Below, one piece after another: positions 1 to 10,717 of a stretch of 64,000 nt of DNA (its first letter is position 1; every line of letters begins with the position of its first letter). This DNA is from Neophaeotheca triangularis. Its lineage: Eukaryota. The stretch spans positions 248,001-312,000 of the forward strand of contig BAAIJX010000013.1 of NCBI GenBank assembly GCA_054600435.1, given 5' to 3'. The notes under the pieces are model-generated. The model made no database searches. It had not been told where the DNA came from and saw nothing but the letters and a program-made list of their open reading frames with translations. The position numbers and the translations under genes are program-made.

Positions 1-74
1 AAATGAACCGACGCTGCCGTTGCAAAGCGCCGTTTTTTTCGACGTTTAAATGTCGCCTGTACTTGACCAACACT

Positions 75-1034
75 TCAGGCGTTGTGAGGCTCGGGCTCAC
101 CGGTCCAGCACATCCATGCAACAATGACAAAGCACTTCAAAGCCACCGCAGTCCTAGATGTCGTTAGCATTGCTGGACGTGTACCGTCCCTTGTGAGAAA
201 AACTCACCATAGCGCGCCAGCAATCCCCCAGCTGCTGTGAGACCATAGACCGCCCAGGATGGCACCAAACACAAGCAAAAGAGGAGCAGCGATACGCCTG
301 TTGCGCTCAGGGTTCTTGGCAAAACCAGCCAACAACTTCGGGTCGCCGAACAAGTCGCAGTAGTTGGAAGTCAGCACGACACTGGTGAGTCCGCCATACT
401 GCAAGACTCTGCTCATGACGGCCTGGCCAGCCGACTGGAAAGCCATGGCGCCGATGGGGATCAGAACCCAGGCGTCGACGTGGTCCTGCTTGCCAGAGTG
501 GGGGCCAAAAGTCGTCATCAGCGCCGCCGCCAGGATCATCAGGTTCTGCAGCGTGTACGATGACACGATGACCCAGCGTTTGCGCGGCGAGAGCGTGCGG
601 TGGTAGGCGCTGAAGAAGAGGCTTCCCAGGCAGAAGCAGCCGATGGAGACGCCGGAGCGGATCCAGCGTGTGCTGGCTCCTGGGTCGACGATGCCGAGGC
701 CGACGTAGACGGTGTTGCCTGTGAAGTGTGAGTTTCGAGTGGCGGTGACTTGTAGTGTACAGGGTGCTTGCTCACCCGTCTGCATGGAGACGAAACTGCC
801 CCAGATGAAAATGCTGCTGCTGTCGAGCAGACCGGTGATGATGTAGCAGAATAGAAGGGCAATGTCGCCCCATGTCTTGCTTACATTGCAGCCCAGGTGT
901 TTAGAGCAGAGGGTTACAAACCCAGGGCTGTCTTCTGACTTGTTGCCGATGAGGGCAGCTCGTTCGGCATTGGAAGAGTTGTTAGGGTGGCCATTTCGCC
1001 CTTCTGCCGAGTTGACGGTGCCGTAGTTTGCCAT
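75..1034 (-). CDS. DUF1275/YoaK-family multi-pass membrane protein; exons 1034-776, 718-208, 153-75
   Basis: Family motifs GLLDS..F..WGSFVSMQTGNTVY and AFQSAGQAVMSR...LTSVVLTSNYCDL. Introns 719-775 (GTGAGC..CAG, 57 nt) and 154-207 (GTGAGT..GCTAAC..TAG) restore the frame to a C-terminus WTAVALKCFVIVAWMCW...NA*. Confidence 0.85.
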
Positions 1035-1298
1035 TGCGTTTGATCAAAGTAAGGAGGACTCAGACCTGGTGCGAAATCAGCAAAGCTAGCTCAAAAGTAG
1101 TGACAGCTGCGACCCGAACAGCAAGGCTTTGCGATATATGTGCAGTTGGGACGGGGGAGGATGTTGGCTGGAACTCTGCGCCAATGCTTGGTGGTGAGGA
1201 GTTGGAAGCCATGAATTGGAGGCGGGTATTGCGGACGCAAAGCTTGACGCGACCGCGTGTGCCGGGCGGGTACAAGGTCGTGCTCAAGCCGAGACAGC

Positions 1299-1305
1299 TA
1301 TATAA
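1299..1305 (+). promoter_or_regulatory. Putative TATA box of oxdC
   Basis: TATATAA about 95 nt upstream of the oxdC ATG. Confidence 0.4.
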
Positions 1306-1398
1306 CAAGGCGGGACTTGCAGAGGAACAAAGCCTTCTCGTTTGCCTTTTTCGATCGTCCTTTGACAATTTTGTGCCAAACGTCACAAATACCATAAT

Positions 1399-3012
1399 AT
1401 GAAGGGTTTGACCACTGCCGTTTTGGCGGCGACCGCGCTCGTCTCGTCCGTGACGGCCGCGCCATGGAAACAGAAGCCCATTGGAGCTCATTACGAGCAC
1501 CGCTTCTCGAGAGACGACCACAACCCCTACGACCGCAAGGTTGACACCGTCGGCACTGGCGAGCAGCCTCTGCCTATTGTGAGTAGTGTCGCCACCCAAT
1601 GGCTGCCGGCAGTAGCTACATCAGAGCTTCAACCCGCAGCAGTACAGAGCTTGCATGCTAACAACATGGCTAGCGCGGGGGTCAAGGCACAAGCATGCTG
1701 GGTCCTCGCAACAAGGACAGGGAGAGGCAGAACCCCGACTTGGTCAGGCCACCGAGCACCGACTCCGGCATCATGAAGAACATGCGATGGTTCGTGGCGT
1801 TTCTTCTGCTTGGTGGTGTACAGAGCTGACTTTCATCTGCAGGAGCTTCGCAGACTCCCACATTCGTCTAGGAGAGAACTCCTGGACTCGCCAGACCACT
1901 TTGCGTGAGCTGCCGTCTTCCGAGCAAATCGCCGGAGTTAACATGCGTCTCGACGAGGGCGTTATTCGCGAGCTCCACTGGCACAAGGAAGCCGAGTGGG
2001 CCTACGTGCTCAAGGGTAGCGTCCGTGTCACCGCCATCGACACCGAGGGCGGGTCTTTCGTTGATGATGTCGAGGAGGGCGACCTCTGGTACTTCCCGTC
2101 TGGCCACCCGCACTCCCTGCAAGGTCTGGCCCCTAACGGCACCGAGTTCCTGCTCATCTTCGATTCCGGCATGTTCTCCGAGGACAGCACGTTCTTGTTG
2201 ACCGACTGGCTCGCACACACTCCCACTGCCGTGCTCTCGGAGAACTTCCGCGTTGCCCCAGAGGTCTTCAAGGCCCTGCCTCAAAAGGAGAAGTACATGT
2301 TCCAGGGTACTCTGCCCGGCCCAATCAAGGACGAGGAGCCGCCGAACTTCAAGCAATCGAAGCTGCAATTTACCCACAAGATGTTGGCTCAGGAGCCCAA
2401 GGTCAGCTCTGGTGGCAAAGTCCGCATCACCGATAGCCGCAACTTCCCCATCTCCAAGACCATTGCTGCTGGACATCTTGACATCCAACCTGGTGCTATG
2501 CGCGAGATGCACTGGCACCCGAACGCGGACGAGTGGTCGTTCTTCATCAAGGGACGTGCCCGTGTCACCATCTTCGGTGCCGAGGGTACTGCTAGGACTT
2601 TCGACTACATGGCAGGCGACGTCGGTGTCGTGCCCAGGGTAAGTGCTACACGCTCTAGAACAAACAACCCAAAACACAAACTAATGTCTGTTAGAACATG
2701 GGCCACTTCATCGAGAACCTGAGCGACGACGAGCCCCTCGAGGTCCTCGAGATCTTCCGCGCCGACATTTTCCAGGACTTCTCCCTCTTCCAATGGATGG
2801 GTGAGCTGCCTCAGCAACTGGTCAAGGACCACTTGTTCGCCACGGACAAGAAGTCTGGCGAGAAGTTTGTCAAGTCCATCATGAGCGCTAAAAAGGACGA
2901 CATCAAGGAGCAGTACGACAAGAGCCCTGAACACGATGATGATGATGACGAGAGCGAGGAGGAGGACGTTGAGGCCATTGACCAGTGGCGTGTTAGGCAG
3001 TGGCTTGCTTAG
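1399..3012 (+). CDS. oxdC: Secreted oxalate decarboxylase (bicupin); exons 1399-1578, 1674-1789, 1843-2638, 2695-3012
   Basis: Signal peptide MKGLTTAVLAATALVSSVTA and two Mn-binding cupin motifs, RELHWHKEAEW and REMHWHPNADEW. The lid reads SEDST with Glu, like B. subtilis OxdC SENST. Three GT-AG introns with CTRAC-type branch sites give a continuous frame. Confidence 0.95.
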
Positions 3013-4122
3013 AGTAGTAGGGCGTAAAGCCATGGTCTCAGAGGAGTTGTTGATGAAAATCTAGTACCTAGGGTAGGTAGGTAGCAGGCATTATATCTAA
3101 GTCGTAGCAGTAGCAGTCCACGGTAGCAGTGGCAGTCGTGTCAGACCTTTACCCCAGAGTCCTGACAACAGCCCTACCGCAACAACCAAAACACATTCCC
3201 AAAGCACTCCCACCGCTCCCACCAACCCGCAAGTAACAACAATAAAGCACCATTGCATCGCCTCCCAACCCTAGGTACCTTACCTTAGGTTCACCCCCCT
3301 GGCCGCCAACGCCCGCCCAGCTCGACCCCGCCTTCCCAATCCCGATATCCCGCAGCGCCAATGCCTCTTAGCCTCTTTCCCCCTCCCCCAGCTGTCTCAG
3401 CCTTACGACTCCCCTCCACCCACTCGCAAGCTTCCACCACGCACCAGCAGCTCGAGCACGCTCTGGCTCCCTACCTACTCAAGCGAGCGAGCACATTCGC
3501 GCGGCGGGAGAGCCGTGATGGCTATTGCGGGAGTCGACGCACGGGGAGGTCTTGTCGTGGGGTCCGGTTACTGTAGATCGTGGTCGGTACGGGCGAAGTA
3601 GGTGGCTGGGTAGTCTTGGGGAGAGAAAGGGAGGGGGGTGTTTGTTCTTTGTAGGGCTGTTCAGGTGAGGTACGGTACCTAGGTAGTAGTACCTTTGTCA
3701 CTCAGCTCAGTTCTAGGTCCTGCTTCATTGTCACGTGGCCTCGCGTGGTTCGCACTTGTCAGGGCGTGAGGTGCATTTTGGCTTTGAAAGTTTGTTTCCT
3801 TTCGTTCATTAGGACGTCACTGCTCCATCCACTCCCGTCTGATGAGGCCCACGGGTTGCCCGAAGGCACTTTCTTGTAGTAGGAAGGTGCCTTCGGGCAA
3901 TCTAGAAGGTTGCCTCATTGTTGCTACTACGTTTGAGCGTTCTGCAGGTTTGAAGACAACTTGAGTGATTATACCTAGGTACATGTCCTCAACACCGGAA
4001 CTCGAACAATTAGGCCAGACATCTGAGACCGCAACTGAACGCATCAAACCGACCGCCACCAGCCCGATTGGAAGTTCCAACCTCGCCTCGAAGCACAAGA
4101 CCTCCACCCACCTCCCTCAACC

Positions 4123-4977
4123 ATGAAGATCGCCGTAACAGGCGCCTGCGGCAACGTAGGTCAAGCAGTAGTAACCCAATGCCACAACTCCGGCCACAGC
4201 ACCGTCCAAATCGACCTGCCAGGCACCCAACCGCCACCGCAAAACGCAAACCTCCCCAACAGCACCTTCAAAACCTGCGACCTCAGCAACGACTACGAAG
4301 GCACCCGCGCCGCCTTGGAGACCTGCGACGCCATCATCCACCTGGCCGCCATCCCCAACCCCGTAGGCAAACCCGACGACAAGACCCACAACGTCAACGT
4401 CTGCGCCTCCTTCAACGGCTTCCGCGCAGCCGCCGAGCTGGGCATAACCCGCTTCTGCTACGCCTCGAGCGTCAACGCCATCGGCCTCGCCTACTCCAAC
4501 CGCCCCCTGCACTTCGACTACTTCCCCCTGGACGAGCAATCCCGCCAGCGCCCCACCGACTCCTACGCTCTCGCGAAAATGGAAGCCGAGCAGCAAGCCG
4601 CGAGCTTCGTCGACTGGTTCCCCGGAATGCGCATAGCGTGTATGCGCTTCCATCAAGTGCAGCCGCTGCACGAAGTGCGCGAGCAGCATGAGGGGGACTG
4701 GGAGCGCAATGCCGTCAAGCAGCTTTTCGGCTGGGTGAACCCCATGGCGACGGCGCGGGCTTGTGTATTGAGTGTGGAGAAGTGTGGGGAGTGGGAGGGC
4801 ATGGAGGTTTTCAATGTTTGTGCGCCTACGACGACGCAGGGTAGGAGCTCGAGGGAGCTGGCCGAGCAGTATTATCCCAATGCTGAGATTAGGGGGGGTT
4901 TTGAGGGGAACGCTGCGTTTTGGACTAGTGAGAAGGCGGAGAGGATGCTGGGTTGGAAGCATAGCGAGACGGAGTGA
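4123..4977 (+). CDS. NAD-dependent epimerase/dehydratase (extended SDR)
   Basis: N-terminal IAVTGACGNVG Rossmann motif, IIHLAA, ASS and catalytic YALAK (YxxxK). Confidence 0.9.
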   Translation: MKIAVTGACGNVGQAVVTQCHNSGHSTVQIDLPGTQPPPQNANLPNSTFKTCDLSNDYEGTRAALETCDAIIHLAAIPNPVGKPDDKTHNVNVCASFNGFRAAAELGITRFCYASSVNAIGLAYSNRPLHFDYFPLDEQSRQRPTDSYALAKMEAEQQAASFVDWFPGMRIACMRFHQVQPLHEVREQHEGDWERNAVKQLFGWVNPMATARACVLSVEKCGEWEGMEVFNVCAPTTTQGRSSRELAEQYYPNAEIRGGFEGNAAFWTSEKAERMLGWKHSETE

Positions 4978-5224
4978 GGTGGGGATTTGGGGAGTGATGG
5001 GACGAGGAACCAGACCTCGGAATGTGAAAAGCTGCCATGCAGTTGGCGAATGCTAGATGTAGATTTATAGAAGCACTGAGCGCGAGCAAGCCCATCTGCA
5101 AGCTTATTAGCGTGGATTGATACCACTCATGTGCCATGCTCGGTCCACGCCCGCTCTGCATATCGTACACCGTCCACTGATTGCGCTCCCCCAGCTCTAT
5201 TCGCCCAATGTCCATCCCATGCGT

Positions 5225-6478
5225 CTACTTGTAGAAATCAAACTTGTCCTTCTCGCTCTCATCCTTGACCTGGCTGGTATACGCATCCTCCAAATCCTGC
5301 TGTATGATGTTATACCTGTTCTTCCTCACAGCCCTTAGACCCGCCTCTTGCATGACCGCGGCAATGACAGCACCGGACAGCGGGTCGTTGCGCACAATCA
5401 AGCTGTCTAGATCCACCTCGGGCGCCAGACTCATCTTCGAGGCGACTGTCGAGAAGATCAGTCTTCGCTCACGTCTGTCGCGCAGAGAAGGAAACTCGAT
5501 CTTGCGGTCCAGGCGACCGGGTCGTAGGAGAGCCGGGTCGAGGGTGTCGGCACGGTTGGTGGCCATGATGACTTTGACGTTTGCCGATTGGTCGAAGCCG
5601 TCCATTTGGTTCAACAGCTCGAGCAGGATACGCTGCACTTCTCTGTCGGCACCGGTTTGGGCGTCGAAACGCTTCGTGGCGATGGCGTCGATTTCGTCGA
5701 TGAAGATGATGGAGGGCGAGTTCTCGCGGGCCATGCGGAAGACGTCGCGCACCATCCGGGGGCCTTCTCCCAAGTACTTTTGCACAAACTCTGAGCCGAC
5801 AACGCGGATGAAGGAGGCGGTGGTGCTGTTGGCGACGGCCTTGACCAACATTGTCTTGCCGGTTCCGGGCGGACCGAAGAGCAGTACACCGCGTGGGGGG
5901 TCGATGCCGATTTGTCTGTAAAGGTCAAATTGCTGAAGAGGGAGCTCGACGGCTTCGCGGATTTCCTGCTTTTGCATGTCCAGCCCACCGACGTCGGAGT
6001 AGGAAATGTCGGGCTTCTCATCCTGACCGAGCATAGCAATGCTGCTATCGGCTTCCGGGGGAAGGATATCGACGAGGCTGTTGCTGTGACGGTGCAGCGC
6101 CACGCTGGAGTTTGGCTTCAGCAACTCGCGGTCCAGCGTGCTCAGTACCCTGACGACATAGTTACTGCCGGTGCTACTTTGCACGATGCCGGTGTTTTGA
6201 TCGATGGCTTCCATGAACTGTCCGATGACGAGGGGCACAGATTGGATGCGTTTGATCTCCTCTTGCGCTCGCACGAGCTCACGCTTCAGACTGCGCTGCT
6301 CGTCCTTGATGTACTCTTCTTGCAACTGGATATATTCTAGCTGGCGCTGGAGCTTCTTGAAGGTGCTGTACTGGTCGTCATCGTCGCCGTGGAGATCGCT
6401 GCCGAAGGGTACGGGGGTGCTGGACAAGGTGTGAGGCGGCTTGGTGTTGGCCGGATTGGCCACTGCAACGTCGCCCAT
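5225..6478 (-). CDS. RPT3: 26S proteasome AAA-ATPase subunit Rpt3 (PSMC4), intronless
   Basis: [36 protein letters not shown] and C-terminal FDFYK. Confidence 0.97.
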   Translation of the reverse strand: MGDVAVANPANTKPPHTLSSTPVPFGSDLHGDDDDQYSTFKKLQRQLEYIQLQEEYIKDEQRSLKRELVRAQEEIKRIQSVPLVIGQFMEAIDQNTGIVQSSTGSNYVVRVLSTLDRELLKPNSSVALHRHSNSLVDILPPEADSSIAMLGQDEKPDISYSDVGGLDMQKQEIREAVELPLQQFDLYRQIGIDPPRGVLLFGPPGTGKTMLVKAVANSTTASFIRVVGSEFVQKYLGEGPRMVRDVFRMARENSPSIIFIDEIDAIATKRFDAQTGADREVQRILLELLNQMDGFDQSANVKVIMATNRADTLDPALLRPGRLDRKIEFPSLRDRRERRLIFSTVASKMSLAPEVDLDSLIVRNDPLSGAVIAAVMQEAGLRAVRKNRYNIIQQDLEDAYTSQVKDESEKDKFDFYK

Positions 6479-7020
6479 GTTTGAACGTGGCTGAAAAGTG
6501 TATTACTCGTGGTTGTTTGGGTGGGTTGTGATGTTTGTGCTGGCTGATTCCTTGAGATGGTTGGTATGGGTGTAGTGTCAATTGTGTTGCGTTGGATTAA
6601 TGAGCAGGGCAGCTTGCCAGCCAGGCCCGAAACAGTGACGGAAGACGCGATGCGGCGAACAGCACGTATGGTCCGTGCGCTGGCTGCCTTAAGGCATCAT
6701 TCTGCCCTGCTCAAGCAATACAATCCATGTTAACACAACAATACGTGGTAGCCATCTGCCTCCATGGCTGTCGTCCCTCGCCCGCCTGGACACAATATTG
6801 CTCCACACATGGGCAAGGATGCTAGTAGCATGATGTAAGCCACAAGACGCCCTCGATCAAATTTCACGACAAGATAGCTGTGGAACACCAAGTACAGAGG
6901 GGAACATCCATTTCGTCAGACACAGATTTGATACGGTTTTGACTACACGTACTCTGCAGACATCACTCCGCATGTTGACTTATCTCCTGCAATCCCTCCG
7001 ACATCTCCGCTACCTCACGT

Positions 7021-7489
7021 TTAAGCCGCAATGGTAACTTCGACCTCGACACCAGCCTCAATGTTGATAATGATCTGCTTGACGACCTCGGTAGGGGCGT
7101 TGAGGTCAATCAGACGCTTGTGGATCCTGTGCATCAAATTCAGTCAGCCTTGCTACTTCGCATCTGCTCACCAAATCTCGCTATTCCCATTCTTTGCGCT
7201 TCATGCTTCCCTTCTCCGCTCCTGAATATTGATCAACTCACCTCATCTCGTACAAGTCCCAAGTCTTGGAACCCTCACCGCAAGGGGTCTTCCTGGTGGA
7301 GATCTTGAGGTTCTTGGTGGGCATGCGGACGGGGCCCTTGACGCGAAGGTCCTTGGTCTTCGCACGGTCGATGAGCTCGGAGCAGACCTTCTCGAGGGCG
7401 CTGACCTTGCGGGAGGTCAAAGTGATGCGGATCTTGTGGATCTTGGGCGCATCCATGCCCTGGCCCTTCTTTGCGTCGTTGAAAGACAT
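7021..7489 (-). CDS. RPS20: 40S ribosomal protein S20 (uS10); exons 7489-7242, 7126-7021
   Basis: [11 protein letters not shown]...KGPVRMPTK...[14 protein letters not shown]. Intron 7127-7241 (GTGAGT..CAG) joins to RIHKRLIDL...[10 protein letters not shown]. Confidence 0.97.
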
Positions 7490-7548
7490 TTTGGAGGTGT
7501 CTGCTGGGTTGGTTTTTGGGTTGGTTTAGCTGGAAGGTCCGATCACGA

Positions 7549-7602
7549 CTATTGCAATTGTTAGTGGGATATGACTTCAGTACGTGCAGCGAGAACACTG
7601 AC
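7549..7602 (-). other. Putative 5'-UTR intron of RPS20
   Basis: GTCAGT donor, ACTAAC branch point and TAG acceptor; 54 nt, upstream of the ATG. Confidence 0.6.
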
Positions 7603-7992
7603 CTCGGTCTCTGAGACTACGGCAAAGTGATGATCGGTGGGGAGCAGAAGGGGAAGTGCACATGTCGTCTGGCGCAAAGTGTGGGCTTTGCATTTTCGAG
7701 TGAAGTCTTGGCGTTTAGATCTCGCGCTAGTGCCAAATAAGGAAAGTTGAGATCTTACAGCTACATGTACATGTACACGTGCGTCACGATTCACTATAAG
7801 CTACAGTATCTTGCCTAGGTAAGGTTACATTCCGTCGAATGCTGCTTCGGGCCAAAAACACGAACAAAACGTACTTGTCGACTGTTAGATCGCTCCACGG
7901 CCTCTTGATGTTGTATATCCCGGACAAGCCAAGCGCAACAGGTTTACAGTCTTCTAAAACGACACATACCCAGCTACCCACCAGCTCCCAAC

Positions 7993-9993
7993 ATGGATCA
8001 GGTTCCAATCGCTCCCTACCCGCCTTCTGAGATACGGCTTGCCCTCGGGTCCGAGGAATGGGAAGTATGTCTAGACACATGGCTCTCAATGCTCCAATAC
8101 CGACTGCGGCTCCCTTCGAAACAGACATCCGCAAGCTCCGGTAACGCATCCGGTTTTTTGGTCTCTTACTACCACGAGCTTGTCCACCATGGTCAGAGTG
8201 ATCAAAGTCAAAACAACCCAAAATCGCGATCCTTGCATTCTCTGGCCTTTCGATTGTCGGCAAAGAATCTGCTCGAAACCAAAGTCCCGGAGGGTCTCTT
8301 GACATGGGAGTTTCTGTGCAATTTCACCAGGGTGCATTCAAAAACATCAGTTTTGCAACGTCTTTACGACAGATTATGGAAGCTGCATGCAGAATCCCTG
8401 AGAAACACTTTCCAGCAGAGAAAAGACGCATTGACCAGGACCATGGACTCTTCCAATGTCGAAAGCCTGCTAGAGCCACTCACCCAATTAGCCTCCTTGG
8501 TACGAGCCAGTCCAGACACAGGCGCCTTCTTCATGGCCGGCTCGGATTTTCTGGACGGCCTAATGGCAACGTTTGACAAGTCGCAAGGAACTCCATCGCT
8601 TCAAAAGGCCGTCCCTGTCATCTCTCATCTATGCCTGCTCTCGTTGACGCGGATGGAGCCACCAAATACCTCCCTTCTAACAGATCAGCTGTACAGTCTG
8701 AAGACACATACAGACAGAAACCCCAAATCACACAGTCTTCTGAATGAGCTCGTGACCAATTCTTCACTCCTCACAAAGCTGCGCCGATCTACCAATGGCA
8801 GTGGAACAGAGAGATTACTCGGCTTACTCAACACCCTCGAGACTTACCGCAGCCCCAGTCAAGCCAAAAAACGTCGACCCTCCCGCCGCAAATCCAGCAA
8901 AGGCAAAGGGAAACAGAGAGACGAAGATGGTGGCGAGCTACACATGCACCGCATGAGCCTCGTAACCCAAGTCCAGGACTTATTCTCCGACCTCGGCGCC
9001 GGCTTCATCCTCAAACTCCTCAACGAGTACAATGACGATGTAGAGCAAGCAACCGCACACCTTCTCGACGAGTCCCTTCCATCACACCTAGCTTCCGCCG
9101 ACCGAGCAGAGAGCGCTCCCATCTACCCCTCCGACCGCCGAACCACGATCGATCACCTCGCTCCCCGCTCAACCCCTCCCCCACCCGAACCAAAACAACC
9201 AGACCCATACCTTCCCGCCCGACGTAACATTTTCGACAACGACGAACTCGACACCCTCTCCCATGACACCTCACGGCTACACCTAGGCAAACGCGACCGC
9301 TCAACTCCTTCCGCAGACACGCAACCAAACAAATCCGCCATCCTCTCCGCGCTAGCAGCCTTCGACAGTGACGACGACGAACGCGACGACACCTATGACG
9401 TCGAAGACGTCGGCGGCACAATCGACCGCACCGCACCCGATGGCGAACCCGGACCCTCGGGCAAACTCAAACAGGAAGAAAACGACATGGCGCTCTTCAC
9501 AGTCTACAAGAGCTCGCCGGAGCTTTTCGGCCGCACGTTCAACGTCCGGCGCGGTCAACCACGCGCGGCGCTCAAAGCCCAAACAGGCATGACCGACGAG
9601 GCCATTGAAGGCTGGTTCGTCATGCTGAACCGTGACCCGCGGAGGCTGAAACGGTTGGAGGAGAAGTTTGGGACTTTTGATGGCAGGCAGAATGAGCTTG
9701 CCGGTAGTGCTTATCGCGAGGGAGCCAATGGGTCTGGGACGGAGGACTCGGATGTTCCCGGGAGTGCGGGGGATAGAGGGAGGGGTGGTGGTTTCAGGGG
9801 CCGTGGGAGGGGAAGAGGTAGGGGTGGGGCTGGTGGAAGGGGTGGAGGGGGTAGCGCTGTTGCGGGGCCCAGTGGTGATCCTGCTACGGCGCAGGCGCAG
9901 AGGCGCAAGGAGGCTAGCAAGGGGAGCAGAGCCAATCATAACCGTCGGGATCAAAGGGCGAGGAAGATGGCGAGAGGTGGGTTTGCCGGGTGA
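7993..9993 (+). CDS. CUE3: CUE-domain protein, Cue3/Rqt3/ASCC2-like (ribosome quality control trigger complex)
   Basis: CUE domain (SLVTQVQDLFSDLGAGFILKLLNEYNDDVEQATAHLLD), DDERDDTYD motif, RGG-rich tail and C-terminal KGSRANHNRR..RARKMARG, typical of ASCC2 homologs. Confidence 0.8.
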   Translation: MDQVPIAPYPPSEIRLALGSEEWEVCLDTWLSMLQYRLRLPSKQTSASSGNASGFLVSYYHELVHHGQSDQSQNNPKSRSLHSLAFRLSAKNLLETKVPEGLLTWEFLCNFTRVHSKTSVLQRLYDRLWKLHAESLRNTFQQRKDALTRTMDSSNVESLLEPLTQLASLVRASPDTGAFFMAGSDFLDGLMATFDKSQGTPSLQKAVPVISHLCLLSLTRMEPPNTSLLTDQLYSLKTHTDRNPKSHSLLNELVTNSSLLTKLRRSTNGSGTERLLGLLNTLETYRSPSQAKKRRPSRRKSSKGKGKQRDEDGGELHMHRMSLVTQVQDLFSDLGAGFILKLLNEYNDDVEQATAHLLDESLPSHLASADRAESAPIYPSDRRTTIDHLAPRSTPPPPEPKQPDPYLPARRNIFDNDELDTLSHDTSRLHLGKRDRSTPSADTQPNKSAILSALAAFDSDDDERDDTYDVEDVGGTIDRTAPDGEPGPSGKLKQEENDMALFTVYKSSPELFGRTFNVRRGQPRAALKAQTGMTDEAIEGWFVMLNRDPRRLKRLEEKFGTFDGRQNELAGSAYREGANGSGTEDSDVPGSAGDRGRGGGFRGRGRGRGRGGAGGRGGGGSAVAGPSGDPATAQAQRRKEASKGSRANHNRRDQRARKMARGGFAG

Positions 9994-10717
9994 GGCCTGG
10001 TCCTCTCGAGACGCGTGATACGGACGCAGAGGCAAGTCGGTGTGACTGGAGCTACGCGCTTCGGCTTCGCCTAGCTAGTAAGCAGGACAGCTATGTTACA
10101 TAGATGCTACACATCATTCGCCGTGATTATACACAATACTGATTGGCTCCCTGGCCAAGTGAATCTACCAAAACGGTCGCTCCATTGATCAGCTATGACT
10201 TCGCCTCAATACTTGCAAGCGAGCGCCCGTCGGTGTTGATCAGCACTCTTGCCTTCGCCTCTTTCTCCAAGCGGGAAGACGGCAGCAAGCTAGCCGGCGA
10301 GCAGCAGTGACGAAACGGCGGACTCGCGGGTCGCCTCGCCCCATTTCACTATACCCTTCAAGGCTGAGCGCAGACGGGACTCTAATAGTAGCGAGCAGCC
10401 CTGGGAAAGCTCGCGAGCTACACGGTCCCAGTCTGCCAGCGGCCTCCCATTCCCATCGTGTACTGCTCTCCAACGTACCGCCTTGCAAGCGCGACGCCTC
10501 TATTGCGAGATTCGCAGATGTGCTCGACAATTAAGCTGGCAGTCTGAACATAATGCAGGTTCGGAGCTTAATGTCGAACGTCAAAGGGAAGTCGAATGCA
10601 AGGCGCCCTCGTCGCGAATTGACCTCGGCGTTTCCGTGCTCATAGAGCAAGGCAGCTTCGAGGCAGTGTCTGGAAAAAATGCTCGCGGTCTCGAATATGC
10701 AAAGCCCACGCGAAAGC

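Noticed and set aside
6479..6700. Rpn4/PACE element upstream of RPT3
   Set aside because: Only an imperfect GGCTGGCAAG is present; too weak to call.
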